Notes: generated from the letters alone by a model not told the origin. A DNA stretch of 24,000 nucleotides from Limnoglobus roseus (GCF_008254045.1 NZ_CP042425.1:7058163-7082162); one strand, 5' to 3'; positions 7,946 to 16,203 are shown, counted from the first letter of the stretch. Translations and numbers: made by a program.

Positions 7946-8281
7946 TCAGGGGGCAAAGAACGGCGGCGGCCCGTACACCGGTCGTGCCATGCCCGGTCGG
8001 GCGTAGCCATTGTTCGGGTAAACCATGCCGGGATAGCTCATCCCCGGATAACTTGTGTTCGGGTAACTCATGCCGGGGTAACTCGGCCCGTAATAACTTG
8101 TGCCGGGAGAGTTGGTGCCGTAGTAGCCCGGCGAGTTGTACCCATACCCACTTTCACACCCGCATGAGGCCGGGGCGTAGGTAGCCGCCTGCGCCCTCTT
8201 CCGCTTGCCGAACGCCGAAGCGTCCCCGGCTGTCACACCAACCCCGAACGCCACCACGGCGAGTAGCACGAACTGTCGCAT
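7946..8281 (-). CDS. small secreted Tyr/Gly/Pro-rich repeat protein (111 aa from ATG 8281)
   Basis: GGAGA lies 6 nt upstream of the ATG. Signal peptide MRQFVLLAVVAFGVGVTAGDASA, followed by repeated SYPGM/SYPN/YYG units. Confidence 0.6.
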   Translation of the reverse strand: MRQFVLLAVVAFGVGVTAGDASAFGKRKRAQAATYAPASCGCESGYGYNSPGYYGTNSPGTSYYGPSYPGMSYPNTSYPGMSYPGMVYPNNGYARPGMARPVYGPPPFFAP

Positions 8282-8530
8282 TCGATGTCTCCTGTAGAGA
8301 GGCAGGCAGCACCAACCGCCCGGGGGCGTCCTCGGCCCCGCCCAATGAGATGCAAGCTGCGCACCTAGCCTGTGACTCCCGACCGTTTGGCCGACTCTCC
8401 CGACAGGAATTGAGGCGGTGGACGAGTCGCCACACCGACTCTGCTCGTTGTCACATCGCATCGGACTCCGGGTATGCCCGTTGCGAGATGTCAGACTGCT
8501 CTGCCCTCCCTTCGAATCGGAGTCGTTCAA

Positions 8531-8746
8531 ATGGCAACCATGAAACCTGCTCAAGACACCCGCAAGCGCGACGAGGAAAGCCGGGCCGACGCTTCTGCGT
8601 GTCAGATGTCTGGCGCGAGTACGGGCGAACCCAAGGAAGGGGCAAACAACCAAGGCACGCCGGCCGATCCAAAGGACGTGGCCGGACTGCCGCCGAAGCC
8701 AAAGAACAGCCAGAAGTTGGATCAAGCCGGCATAAGCGAAGAGTGA
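8531..8746 (+). CDS. small hydrophilic hypothetical protein (71 aa)
   Basis: GGAG lies 8 nt upstream of ATG 8531. Charged, low-complexity sequence with no recognised family. Confidence 0.3.
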   Translation: MATMKPAQDTRKRDEESRADASACQMSGASTGEPKEGANNQGTPADPKDVAGLPPKPKNSQKLDQAGISEE

Positions 8747-8835
8747 TCAACGAACGCCTGTGGTTCGACGTTCGGGGGCGGGCGGCGGTGACGATCACTT
8801 CCTCGACTTCCTCTTCGCCCCACCGGCCGGCATCG

Positions 8836-8937
8836 TCACTTCTGCCGGGTCGCGGCCTGCAGGAAGCGGATCAGGAGATAGACCGCGACGAAAAGTAGCA
8901 GAGTCGAGAACAGTAACACGTTGTTGAGGTCTTCCAT
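8836..8937 (-). CDS. possible 33-aa single-TM micro-protein
   Basis: Hand translation gives MEDLNNVLLFSTLLLFVAVYLLIRFLQAATRQK. AAGGAG lies about 12 nt upstream. It sits directly downstream of the XRE gene on the same strand and is below the track's length cutoff. Confidence 0.3.
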   Translation of the reverse strand: MEDLNNVLLFSTLLLFVAVYLLIRFLQAATRQK

Positions 8938-9001
8938 CCCCGGCTACTTCTCCTTCCGCGGTCGCCCCCGCTTCGGCGTCACGGCGGGCGGGGTCAGAGG
9001 T

Positions 9002-9310
9002 TCAAACGCTTTTCTTCGGACGGCCGGGTTTCCGTTTCGGTGTCGGTGTTACCGTAGCACTTTCCTCCGACTGGGCTGAAACGGGCGGAGCAAGGAACAC
9101 TTGAAAATGCGTGCATTTCACCCCGAGAACCTCACAAATCCTGAACAGCACGTCAGCACCTAGCCGTTCCGCATTTCCCTGCTCTAGCATCCCCAAAAAA
9201 GAGCGACTAAAAGTCACGCCGAGCTTGGCAACCTGATCGGCCATGTCCTGCTGACTAATCCCACGCTCGTTTCGAAGTCGTTTGAGTTCATCGCCGAAAG
9301 AAGTCGCCAC
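9002..9310 (-). CDS. XRE/Cro-CI-family HTH regulator with a C-terminal AT-hook-like tail
   Basis: LKRLRNERGISQQDMADQVAKLGVTFSRSFLGMLEQG is an HTH_3-type motif. The C-terminus KRKPGRPKKS is an AT-hook GRP core. GTG start after GGGAGAG. Confidence 0.8.
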   Translation of the reverse strand: MATSFGDELKRLRNERGISQQDMADQVAKLGVTFSRSFLGMLEQGNAERLGADVLFRICEVLGVKCTHFQVFLAPPVSAQSEESATVTPTPKRKPGRPKKSV

Positions 9311-9329
9311 AAACTCTCCCTAATTTTTA

Positions 9330-9364
9330 TTGACAATATATGGTCTAAGACCGTATATTGTCAT
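9330..9364. promoter_or_regulatory. two fully overlapping divergent sigma70-like promoters embedded in a near-perfect 31-33-bp palindrome (putative operator)
   Basis: Plus strand: TTGACA (9330-9335), 18-nt spacer, TATATT (9354-9359). Minus strand: ATGACA (9364-9359), 18-nt spacer, TATATT (9340-9335). In the palindrome 9332-9362 (gacaatatatggtctaagaccgtatattgtc), 14 of 15 positions pair. Confidence 0.6.
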
Positions 9365-9458
9365 TGTACCTGACGCAGCCACTTACGCAAACCTCCGATT
9401 CTGGCAAACGAACCCCTCGTTCCGCCCTGGTCGAAGGTACGTCTTCAAGGAGCTTCCG

Positions 9459-9806
9459 ATGTGCAACGCTCTCGCTCTCACCGTCGGTTCCCTCCCCGCC
9501 AGCAAGACCCACAAGTCCGGTCGCCGGTGGGCGTTCCTGCCGTCCTCCGACCTCGCGTCGCCGTCGCTCGGGACGCTGACCATCGTGCAGAGCAAACGGG
9601 ACACCGTCAGCTACTCCGTCGCGGTGGAGGATCATCAGGTTCTCTTCGCGAAGGCCGACGGTTCGGAAGTGTACGGCGTGAACCTGAAGGCGGGTCGTCC
9701 GGTCCGCTGTTCCTGTACCGGGTTCCACTTCGCGAAAAAGTGCAAGCACCTCGACGCGGCGGTGGAGATGATCGCCGACGGCGTCCTCGACGTGTGCCAC
9801 GCTTGA
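9459..9806 (+). CDS. SWIM zinc-finger domain protein (115 aa from ATG 9459)
   Basis: AAGGAG lies 6 nt upstream of ATG 9459. CSCTGFHFAKKCKH fits the SWIM C-x-C-x(n)-C-x-H signature. Confidence 0.65.
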   Translation: MCNALALTVGSLPASKTHKSGRRWAFLPSSDLASPSLGTLTIVQSKRDTVSYSVAVEDHQVLFAKADGSEVYGVNLKAGRPVRCSCTGFHFAKKCKHLDAAVEMIADGVLDVCHA

Positions 9807-9882
9807 CGGCCCGCCGGGGTCTCGCGGTGTGTGCCGCGACTGACGAGTCCGAGAGGACGAAACCCCGACGGAGACCCCCCCC

Positions 9883-10683
9883 ATGACCCGAAATTGTGAC
9901 CCGGCCCGCGAGTTCGCGACCGACCTGCACGCCGTCCTGCAAGCCCTGACCGACCCGGCCCGCCCCGTCCTCTCGCCGGGCGACGTGCGGCAGATGTTCT
10001 CGCCCCGCCGCCCGACCGGCCTCCGGACGAGACGCCGCCTGACGCCCCGGCCTGTCACGCCCGACCCCGTCGCGATGGTCGAGGAGAACGTGGGGGTGAT
10101 CTGGGTGATTATCAACCGCCACTTCGCCGCCCTCATGCGCATCGTCGGCGAGGACGAGGTCTTTCAACAGGCTTATCTCGGTGCCTTGGAAGCGGCCGAG
10201 CGGTTCGACGCCAGTCTCGGTTACAAGTTCACGACGTTTATGGGGTCGTGTGTGTGGGGTAAACTCCAAGACCTCCTGAAAAGCCACCGGCGGGCACACG
10301 GGCGTCCGGCGTGCGACACCGCCGCGACCACCACCCCCGGCGTGTTCGATCCGAACATCCTGCGGAAGACGTTGGTCGATCCCCGGCCCCCGGCGTCCCA
10401 GGGCATCGAGGACAGCGAGCGGGCGGCGTTCGTCGTCGATCGACTCCTCGCCCTCGCCGCGTCGGACCGGGACCGGACTATCCTCGCCGAGTGGTGCGAC
10501 GGAGACGGCACGCCCCGGCGGTTCTGTGACGTGGCCGAGTCGCTTGGACTCCCGACCTCGACGGTGAGGAAGGTCATCGGACGCATCCGATCGCAGATCC
10601 TGGAGGCGGGACTCAACGGTGAACTCGGGCCGGACATCGCCGAGTGGTGCGGGTCGAACGGCGATTCGGCGGAAGAGAACTGA
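9883..10683 (+). CDS. sigma-70-family RNA polymerase sigma factor (phage/alternative type)
   Basis: Region-2-like segment VFQQAYLGALEAAERFDASLGYKFTTFMGSCVWGKLQDLLKSHRR. Region-4 HTH RFCDVAESLGLPTSTVRKVIGRIRSQI. GGAGA lies 8 nt upstream of the ATG. Confidence 0.75.
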   Translation: MTRNCDPAREFATDLHAVLQALTDPARPVLSPGDVRQMFSPRRPTGLRTRRRLTPRPVTPDPVAMVEENVGVIWVIINRHFAALMRIVGEDEVFQQAYLGALEAAERFDASLGYKFTTFMGSCVWGKLQDLLKSHRRAHGRPACDTAATTTPGVFDPNILRKTLVDPRPPASQGIEDSERAAFVVDRLLALAASDRDRTILAEWCDGDGTPRRFCDVAESLGLPTSTVRKVIGRIRSQILEAGLNGELGPDIAEWCGSNGDSAEEN

Positions 10684-10710
10684 CGGTTCGCCCCTTCCTC
10701 TCTCGCATCG

Positions 10711-10740
10711 CCCCCGGTCGTGCCGGGGGTTTCTCGTTTC
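10711..10740 (+). terminator. intrinsic terminator after the sigma-factor gene
   Basis: cccccgg-tcgtg-ccggggg (7-bp GC stem, 5-nt loop) followed by tttctcgtttc. It starts 28 nt after the stop codon. Confidence 0.6.
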
Positions 10741-10773
10741 ACCAGCACCGTTCACGGCGACGGAATCGGAGAC

Positions 10774-10793
10774 GATGGGGACTCGTCCCCATC
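10774..10793. promoter_or_regulatory. 20-bp palindrome (9-bp arms) 25 bp upstream of the tape-measure start
   Basis: GATGGGGAC-TC-GTCCCCATC read directly. It could be a protein-binding site or an RNA hairpin. Confidence 0.35.
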
Positions 10794-10817
10794 ACACACG
10801 CTCGCGAGTCGGCCCCG

Positions 10818-13340
10818 ATGCCCAATTCACTGACCGACACCATTCTGAAAATCATCGTGGACGCGACCGGCGTGAAGTCCGGGGTTGATGCCGCCGTCCG
10901 CGACCTGGACCGCCTCGAATCCGCCGTGGAGCGGGCGAACCGGTCCGCCGCGAGTGTCGCCACGCGATCTGCCCCAGCGTCATCGTCATCGTCGCCTTCC
11001 GTCACCGCCCGGTCGGTCCGGGACATCGTCCGCCCGTCCGTCCCGCCCCGCGTGTTCGCGCCGCCGTCCGTCGAACGGTTCGTGCAGCAGGAACGACGGT
11101 CGATCGCCGACGTGCTCCGGGCCGAGAGTGACCGCCGCGTCCGGCAAGTCGAGACGCTCCGCCGGCAATCGAACCTCGCCCGCACGCTGGCCGACGACCG
11201 GCAGAGTTTCCGGTCCGCGTCGGCGTTCACGACGTTCAACCCGTCCTCCCTCGGCCCCGGCGTGGGGAACTCGGTCGCCACGGCCGGGCGGTTCGCGGGC
11301 GGTCTGGCGACGACGGGCGGGACGTTCGCCGCGGGCGGGATCGGTCTACTCGCGGGGCCGTTGGCGGGTGCCGTCGCGGGCGTGGCCGCCGTCGGGTTCG
11401 GCAAGGTGATCGAGACGATCGGCGACGTGGGCGGGAGGGTGATCGGCACGAGCCTGTCCGTGTTGACGAGCGCCGCGACGGAGGCCATCAAACAGGGTTC
11501 CTTCCGCGAGGACGCCGGGGTGAACTTCGCCGCCCTGACGGGGAGCCAATTCCGCGGGGACAAGGTCATCGCGGACGCCGAGAAGTACGCCCTCGACAGC
11601 CCGTTCCGGACGCGGGAACTGCTCGACCAGTCGAAGTTGCTCCTGTCCTACGGCGTCTCGGCCGACGACCTGGCGAAGCGACTCCGACAACTCGGGGACG
11701 TGGCCGCGGGCACGGGCGTGGACTTCCGCCGCCTGTCGCTGGCCTTCGGGCAGGTCGTGAGCAAGGGCCGACTTCAAGGCGGCGAGGTGCGGCAATTGAC
11801 CGAGGCCGGTGTCGGCATTCGTGACCTCGCGTCGGCCTACAACGAGCTAAACGGCAAGAACGTCTCGGCCGCCGGGTTCCTCGGCCTCGTCGAAGCCGGG
11901 CAGGTGTCCGCCCGCGTCGTGGAGCGGAGTTTCGAGCGGATGACCCAGGCCGGCGGGCGGTTCTTCGGGTTGACCGAGGCACGGGCGAAGACACTGTCGG
12001 GCCGGTTCGAAAACCTCGGCGAGTCGGTGGAGTTGTCGTTTCAAAAGATCGGTTTGAGTTTCATCAAGAACACGTCCATCACCACCTTCATCGACGACAT
12101 CGCCAAGAAGGTCCGGGGCATCGACCTGTCCGGGGCCGACGGGTTGTTCAAAAATCTCGACGCCACCGTCGGCCCGTTCGTCACCCGCGTCGCGCGAGGG
12201 ATCGGCGGCGTGTTCGGGGACGTGGTGCCGAAGCAACTGGACTTCGACGCCTTGGACCGTGGCTTGAAGGCGTTCACCCGCGACACGATCCCCCAGATTT
12301 TGGACGCCGGGCGGGACGTGGCCGTGTTGTTCCTCGACGTGGCATCGGCGATGGCCAAGTTCATCGACCTGATCGACCCGCTACTTCCGAAACAGGCCGC
12401 ACTGGAACTCCTCTTGCGCCAAGTCCCCGGCCGGAACGACTTCCTTCTAGGCGGTCCCTTGGCCGCGGGTCAGGGTCAACCGCCTGCCTCGCGACCGATC
12501 GCACAGTTCGCCGCCGCCGCCGAGGCGCGGGCCAACATCCTCCGGCAAGCCAACCCCGGCGACCGGTTCCGGAACGCGGCGAGAGGGCCGTTCGACTTCC
12601 TCGACGAGATCGTCGGCCCCCAGGTGAACCGGGGCTTTCAGGCCGTGCTCGGGGCCGTCGGCGGGGCGTTCCAGGGGCCGGACATTAATCGCGCCGCACT
12701 GGAGGCGAAACGAGTGAACGGGCTGAACCGACAAGCGTTCGCGGACGGAAACATCCCCGCGCGATTGCCGCCAGTATTCGCGGCGGACATTTTGAAGTTG
12801 CCGAAGGCTCTCGACGAGTTGAACGGGGCCGTGAAATCCAGGATCGGACCATTCAAGGACGCATTCGAGTCGATCTCCGACAAAATCCTGCCCGATTTCG
12901 GCAAGCGGATCGAAGACTTCACGGCGAGGCTCGGGAAGCCCGCCGACCAGCCGTTCACCGACTTCCAGCGGAACATCCAGGCGGCGAACGTGCTCGACGG
13001 GCCGTTCGGGCGGGCGTTGGGGTTCGAAGGAAAAGACCTCGCTCGCATCCGGGGGGAACTCGGCCAAGAATTGATCGGCAAGTTTAAGTCGCCGGAACTC
13101 CAACCCGCCCCGCTCGTTCGGGCGGGATCGCAGGAGGCCGAGCAAGCCCTGACGCGGGCGGTGTACGAGAGTCGCAACAACGAGAAGTCGGCCCAGGACC
13201 GACTGGCCGAGGCGATCGAAGCGGCCCGCCGCGCGGAAGAAGATAACACGAAGGAGATCAGGGCACTCTCCGACGCACTCAAGGCCGGCCCGCCGACGCC
13301 CCTGTTCCCTGTGAACGATGGCGTGGCCTTCCCGCTGTGA
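10818..13340 (+). CDS. phage tail tape-measure-domain protein (840 aa from ATG 10818)
   Basis: LSLAFGQVVSKGRLQGGEVRQLTEAGVGIRDLASAY...AGFLGLVEAGQVSARVVERSFERMTQAGGRFFG matches the conserved tape-measure domain (TIGR02675-like). It is preceded by a Gly-rich hydrophobic block and a coiled, low-complexity N-terminus, as in tape-measure proteins. Confidence 0.75.
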   Translation: MPNSLTDTILKIIVDATGVKSGVDAAVRDLDRLESAVERANRSAASVATRSAPASSSSSPSVTARSVRDIVRPSVPPRVFAPPSVERFVQQERRSIADVLRAESDRRVRQVETLRRQSNLARTLADDRQSFRSASAFTTFNPSSLGPGVGNSVATAGRFAGGLATTGGTFAAGGIGLLAGPLAGAVAGVAAVGFGKVIETIGDVGGRVIGTSLSVLTSAATEAIKQGSFREDAGVNFAALTGSQFRGDKVIADAEKYALDSPFRTRELLDQSKLLLSYGVSADDLAKRLRQLGDVAAGTGVDFRRLSLAFGQVVSKGRLQGGEVRQLTEAGVGIRDLASAYNELNGKNVSAAGFLGLVEAGQVSARVVERSFERMTQAGGRFFGLTEARAKTLSGRFENLGESVELSFQKIGLSFIKNTSITTFIDDIAKKVRGIDLSGADGLFKNLDATVGPFVTRVARGIGGVFGDVVPKQLDFDALDRGLKAFTRDTIPQILDAGRDVAVLFLDVASAMAKFIDLIDPLLPKQAALELLLRQVPGRNDFLLGGPLAAGQGQPPASRPIAQFAAAAEARANILRQANPGDRFRNAARGPFDFLDEIVGPQVNRGFQAVLGAVGGAFQGPDINRAALEAKRVNGLNRQAFADGNIPARLPPVFAADILKLPKALDELNGAVKSRIGPFKDAFESISDKILPDFGKRIEDFTARLGKPADQPFTDFQRNIQAANVLDGPFGRALGFEGKDLARIRGELGQELIGKFKSPELQPAPLVRAGSQEAEQALTRAVYESRNNEKSAQDRLAEAIEAARRAEEDNTKEIRALSDALKAGPPTPLFPVNDGVAFPL

Positions 13341-13423
13341 CGCGACGGCAGCACCGATCCGCACCACCACCACGCCTACGATCATCGCGACGACAACGCG
13401 ACCACCACCGGAGACCGTGACAC

Positions 13424-13951
13424 ATGCCGACCGACTACGCGACACCGCACCCACAAGACCGACTGGCCGAGGCGACGGACGCGGCCCGACGGGCGGAGGA
13501 GCGGAACACGCAGGACGTGAAGAAACTGTCCGACGCCTTGGACGCCGCGAGCAAGAGGCCGACCGATCCCAACCACCGCCCATTCCCCAGACTCAAGGTC
13601 ACGTCCGCGAAGGACGTGGAGGCCGTCGCCGCCTTTGCCGAACTGCTCGTCGCGTGCGACCGGGCCGGCAGCGTCCTCGACGAGCGGCAAGCCGGCAAGC
13701 ACGTCCGGGACTGGTTCCTGGCCGTGCGGAAGGGCGACGAGGACGGGGCACTGGCCGCGGTCGCGAGCGCCAAACGGGAACTCGCCGGTCACCTGCACGG
13801 GGCCGAGGTGAGCCGCATCTACGACATCGTCTCCGACTACGTTCACGAGTTGCGAAACCCCGCCGACGCGAGGGTGAAGGCGATCATCAGCAAGTTGGCG
13901 GATCTCGGATTTGACGTGACGCCGCACAAGGCCGACGCCACCCTCGCGTAA
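13424..13951 (+). CDS. hypothetical protein (175 aa); N-terminus repeats the tape-measure C-terminus; paralog of the next gene
   Basis: GGAGA lies 9 nt upstream of the ATG. QDRLAEATDAARRAEERNTQDVKKLSDAL parallels QDRLAEAIEAARRAEEDNTKEIRALSDAL at the end of the previous gene. Confidence 0.6.
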   Translation: MPTDYATPHPQDRLAEATDAARRAEERNTQDVKKLSDALDAASKRPTDPNHRPFPRLKVTSAKDVEAVAAFAELLVACDRAGSVLDERQAGKHVRDWFLAVRKGDEDGALAAVASAKRELAGHLHGAEVSRIYDIVSDYVHELRNPADARVKAIISKLADLGFDVTPHKADATLA

Positions 13952-13985
13952 GCCCCTTCCTCTCACCCATTGAGACCGTACCCCG

Positions 13986-14372
13986 ATGACCCCGACCATC
14001 GACAAGCCGTTCGGCGACCTCCGCCCCCAGACGTGGGCCGACGTGGAATTGATCGTGGCGTTCCTCGAATTGATGACGCGAGGGAACCCGATCCGTGGCG
14101 ACCACGCCGACCTGTGGCTTCGCGCCGTGAAGCGGGGGAAGACGGAGGACGTTTACCTCGCCGCCCACTTCGCCGCCGACGAGGTTGCCGCCCACCCGCT
14201 CGCCGCCCACATCCGTCAGGCGATGGCCGTGAGTGTCGATTTCCTTCACGCCCCGAAGATGGTCGCCGCGACGCGAACCGAACCGGCCCACGTGAGTAAA
14301 CCGAACGTCGAGCCGCTCGTGCAGAAGCTACGCGAACTCGGCTGGGTCGCGAGGCTGACGCCGAGGGCGTGA
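13986..14372 (+). CDS. hypothetical protein (128 aa), tandem paralog of 13424..13951
   Basis: Shared pattern DVE..(V/A)AF(L/A)EL...W(L/F).AV(K/R).G...H...V..(L/I)(V/I).KL.(E/D)LG(W/F) with the previous ORF. Confidence 0.55.
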   Translation: MTPTIDKPFGDLRPQTWADVELIVAFLELMTRGNPIRGDHADLWLRAVKRGKTEDVYLAAHFAADEVAAHPLAAHIRQAMAVSVDFLHAPKMVAATRTEPAHVSKPNVEPLVQKLRELGWVARLTPRA

Positions 14373-14624
14373 CGAGATGTTCACAGGGACGTGGACGGGC
14401 CGCCGAGGTGCCAGGGATGGGACCGCGGCGGTTTTTCGTTGAGCGGGCGGCGGGGGCTGCGCATCGCTTTCACCCAATGTTGTGAGTCGTACGTCCAGTC
14501 AGTCTGTCACCGTACAGATCGGGACGATTGCTCTCGCGAATGGAAATGTCCCGACGTATCCAAACGGTTGTGGACGATGAAACAGATCAAAGCGAAGGCC
14601 AGTGGACGATGAGTCAAAAGTTAG

Positions 14625-14649
14625 CTCCCCCGGACTTTTTCCGGGGGAG
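14625..14649. terminator. 10-bp perfect hairpin between convergent transcription units
   Basis: ctcccccgga-ctttt-tccgggggag. On the minus strand it is followed by ctaactttt. Confidence 0.5.
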
Positions 14650-14690
14650 GGGGACCGGGCGAATAGAGTCTTAAGCTTAAAGATGCGATC

Positions 14691-14864
14691 TATTTCGCAG
14701 GCGTGCCCGACCGTTGTTCGCCGGTGTCCTTCATCATCTTGTTGAGTTGCTCTTGTTCACGCTTCGAAGTTTCCGCGTCCGCCATCGGCTTTTCTTTTGC
14801 CTTCCCGCAGCCCGTTGCCAAGGCCAATGTCAAGAGTATGAGCAACCGTCTTGTGAATAACATG
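14691..14864 (-). CDS. small lipoprotein (57 aa)
   Basis: Hand translation gives MLFTRRLLILLTLALATGCGKAKEK..., with lipobox LATGC. It lies directly downstream of the DUF1559 gene on the same strand and is below the track's length cutoff. Confidence 0.5.
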
Positions 14865-14940
14865 GTTTCTACCTTGTGAAGGGAGGGACGGATTCAATGA
14901 CAAATCGCCGGACTTCAAATTTTGGACCTTTGACCCGGCG

Positions 14941-15936
14941 TTACGGTAGCGTTAGGGCCTCGGCACCTTGCCGGGTGCCAGCAGCCGTCCAAGTGTCCGG
15001 GTCAATCGTTTCCGTGACGAAGCGTACAGCCCCGTCGGCCATGAGAACATTCGCCCCGCCACTGTGCCGGCTGGACGCGGGCGAAACCATTATCCCGTAA
15101 TCCCCCGGCCGCCAGCACGGGCTGTTCGGCGGCAGGAGGTGGTTGTAAAGACCCCGCCACATCGAGCCTTCGTCCCAGGCGTACCCCTTGCCCCGCCAAG
15201 TCGAGCCGGCGAGCGTAGCCGTGGTCCAATTCTTTGCCAACAGGGTCGTTCGGGCCGCCGCCAATGTTGTATCCGTAACCGCGCCAGCCTCGAAGCAGTC
15301 ACCGAGTTTGTTGTTCGGCCCCGACTGGGGAAAGTTACACGACTCGGCCGCGGCCGCTGTGTTCGACGTCCCGTCGGCGATACCCAGGAACGTGAACCCT
15401 TTAGCCACAGTGGCCGCCGGAGAATTGTTACTCACTTGCCCCATGCCGAATACGCCGTCCCAGCCGTTCAGCTTTCCCCAACTGCCGCCGTTATAGTGGT
15501 AGTTCGAATACCCCATCGCAGCGCTGTCGCCCTGCTCGGTGTCCGAGGGGCACAGGAAGACCGTCGGCTTGTTCTTTGTCCAAGCGTTTGCCGTGGTGGT
15601 GGTCCCCACTGTCGTTATCGCCGGTGCCGGGACGATGAGAGCAAAGATGTTGTCTTGTTCGAGGTAGGGGAGCAGGAAGGTGTTCGGCCCCATGAACGAC
15701 GTCGTCGTTGTGCCGGCGGGAAGTCTGCTGTTGGTGGCGTGATAGGCATGAAGTGCGATACCAATCTGTTTGAGATTGTTCGTACACTTAGCCCGCGCCG
15801 CCGCCTCGCGGACCTTCTGCACGGCCGGGAGAAGAAGGCCGATCAAGATGGCAATGATTGCGATAACGACCAACAACTCGATGAGCGTGAACCCGGTTCG
15901 CCCGCCCGCGCAATTGAGAGGTTTTGAGTGTCTCAA
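14941..15936 (-). CDS. DUF1559 protein with a prepilin-type N-terminal cleavage/methylation domain and an H-X9-DG motif
   Basis: [49 protein letters not shown] is the planctomycete DUF1559 hallmark. C-terminal [18 protein letters not shown] gives H-X9-DG. The start is uncertain: TTG at 15936 or GTG at 15951. Confidence 0.85.
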   Translation of the reverse strand: MRHSKPLNCAGGRTGFTLIELLVVIAIIAILIGLLLPAVQKVREAAARAKCTNNLKQIGIALHAYHATNSRLPAGTTTTSFMGPNTFLLPYLEQDNIFALIVPAPAITTVGTTTTANAWTKNKPTVFLCPSDTEQGDSAAMGYSNYHYNGGSWGKLNGWDGVFGMGQVSNNSPAATVAKGFTFLGIADGTSNTAAAAESCNFPQSGPNNKLGDCFEAGAVTDTTLAAARTTLLAKNWTTATLAGSTWRGKGYAWDEGSMWRGLYNHLLPPNSPCWRPGDYGIMVSPASSRHSGGANVLMADGAVRFVTETIDPDTWTAAGTRQGAEALTLP

Positions 15937-16019
15937 AGCTAATCCCTTTCACAGATCGAGATGGATAAAAAACAGGCCACGTTCCCCGATCAGGGCAACG
16001 GCTAATCGCCTAGAATAAC

Positions 16020-16203
16020 GTCGGAAATTTCAGCGGTCAACAATTTAAGACGAAAGCAGCTGCTTCATTCCAATTTTTTGCACGGTGGAACATCTGATGC
16101 CATAAAGATTTGCAACAAACCTTATTAATTGAACCCAGACTTTTATAAATTTGCAAGATTGATTGTATTTAAATAATTACATTTTTTGCAATGTCACTTC
16201 TTC
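16020..16203. promoter_or_regulatory. strongly AT-rich upstream region of the DUF1559 gene with four TTTGCA(A) motifs and a 12-bp palindrome
   Basis: TTTGCAC at 16077; TTTGCAA at 16109, 16150 and 16185. Palindrome AAGCAGCTGCTT at 16054-16065. Composition contrasts sharply with the flanking DNA. Confidence 0.4.

Noticed and set aside
9345-10755. 265-aa and 382-aa minus-strand ORFs across the SWIM and sigma-factor genes
   Set aside because: They are antisense to ORFs with clear domain motifs and good RBSs, and they show the Arg/Gly/Pro-rich composition of noise frames.
12447-13583. 378-aa and 238-aa minus-strand ORFs inside the tape-measure gene
   Set aside because: They are antisense to a gene with a recognisable tape-measure domain, and they are compositionally noise-like.
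14391-14612. 73-aa Cys-rich ORF after the phage-like module
   Set aside because: It has a GTG start without an RBS and an odd composition, and nothing supports it. The region may simply be the 3' UTR or spacer before the convergent hairpin. It is left unannotated.
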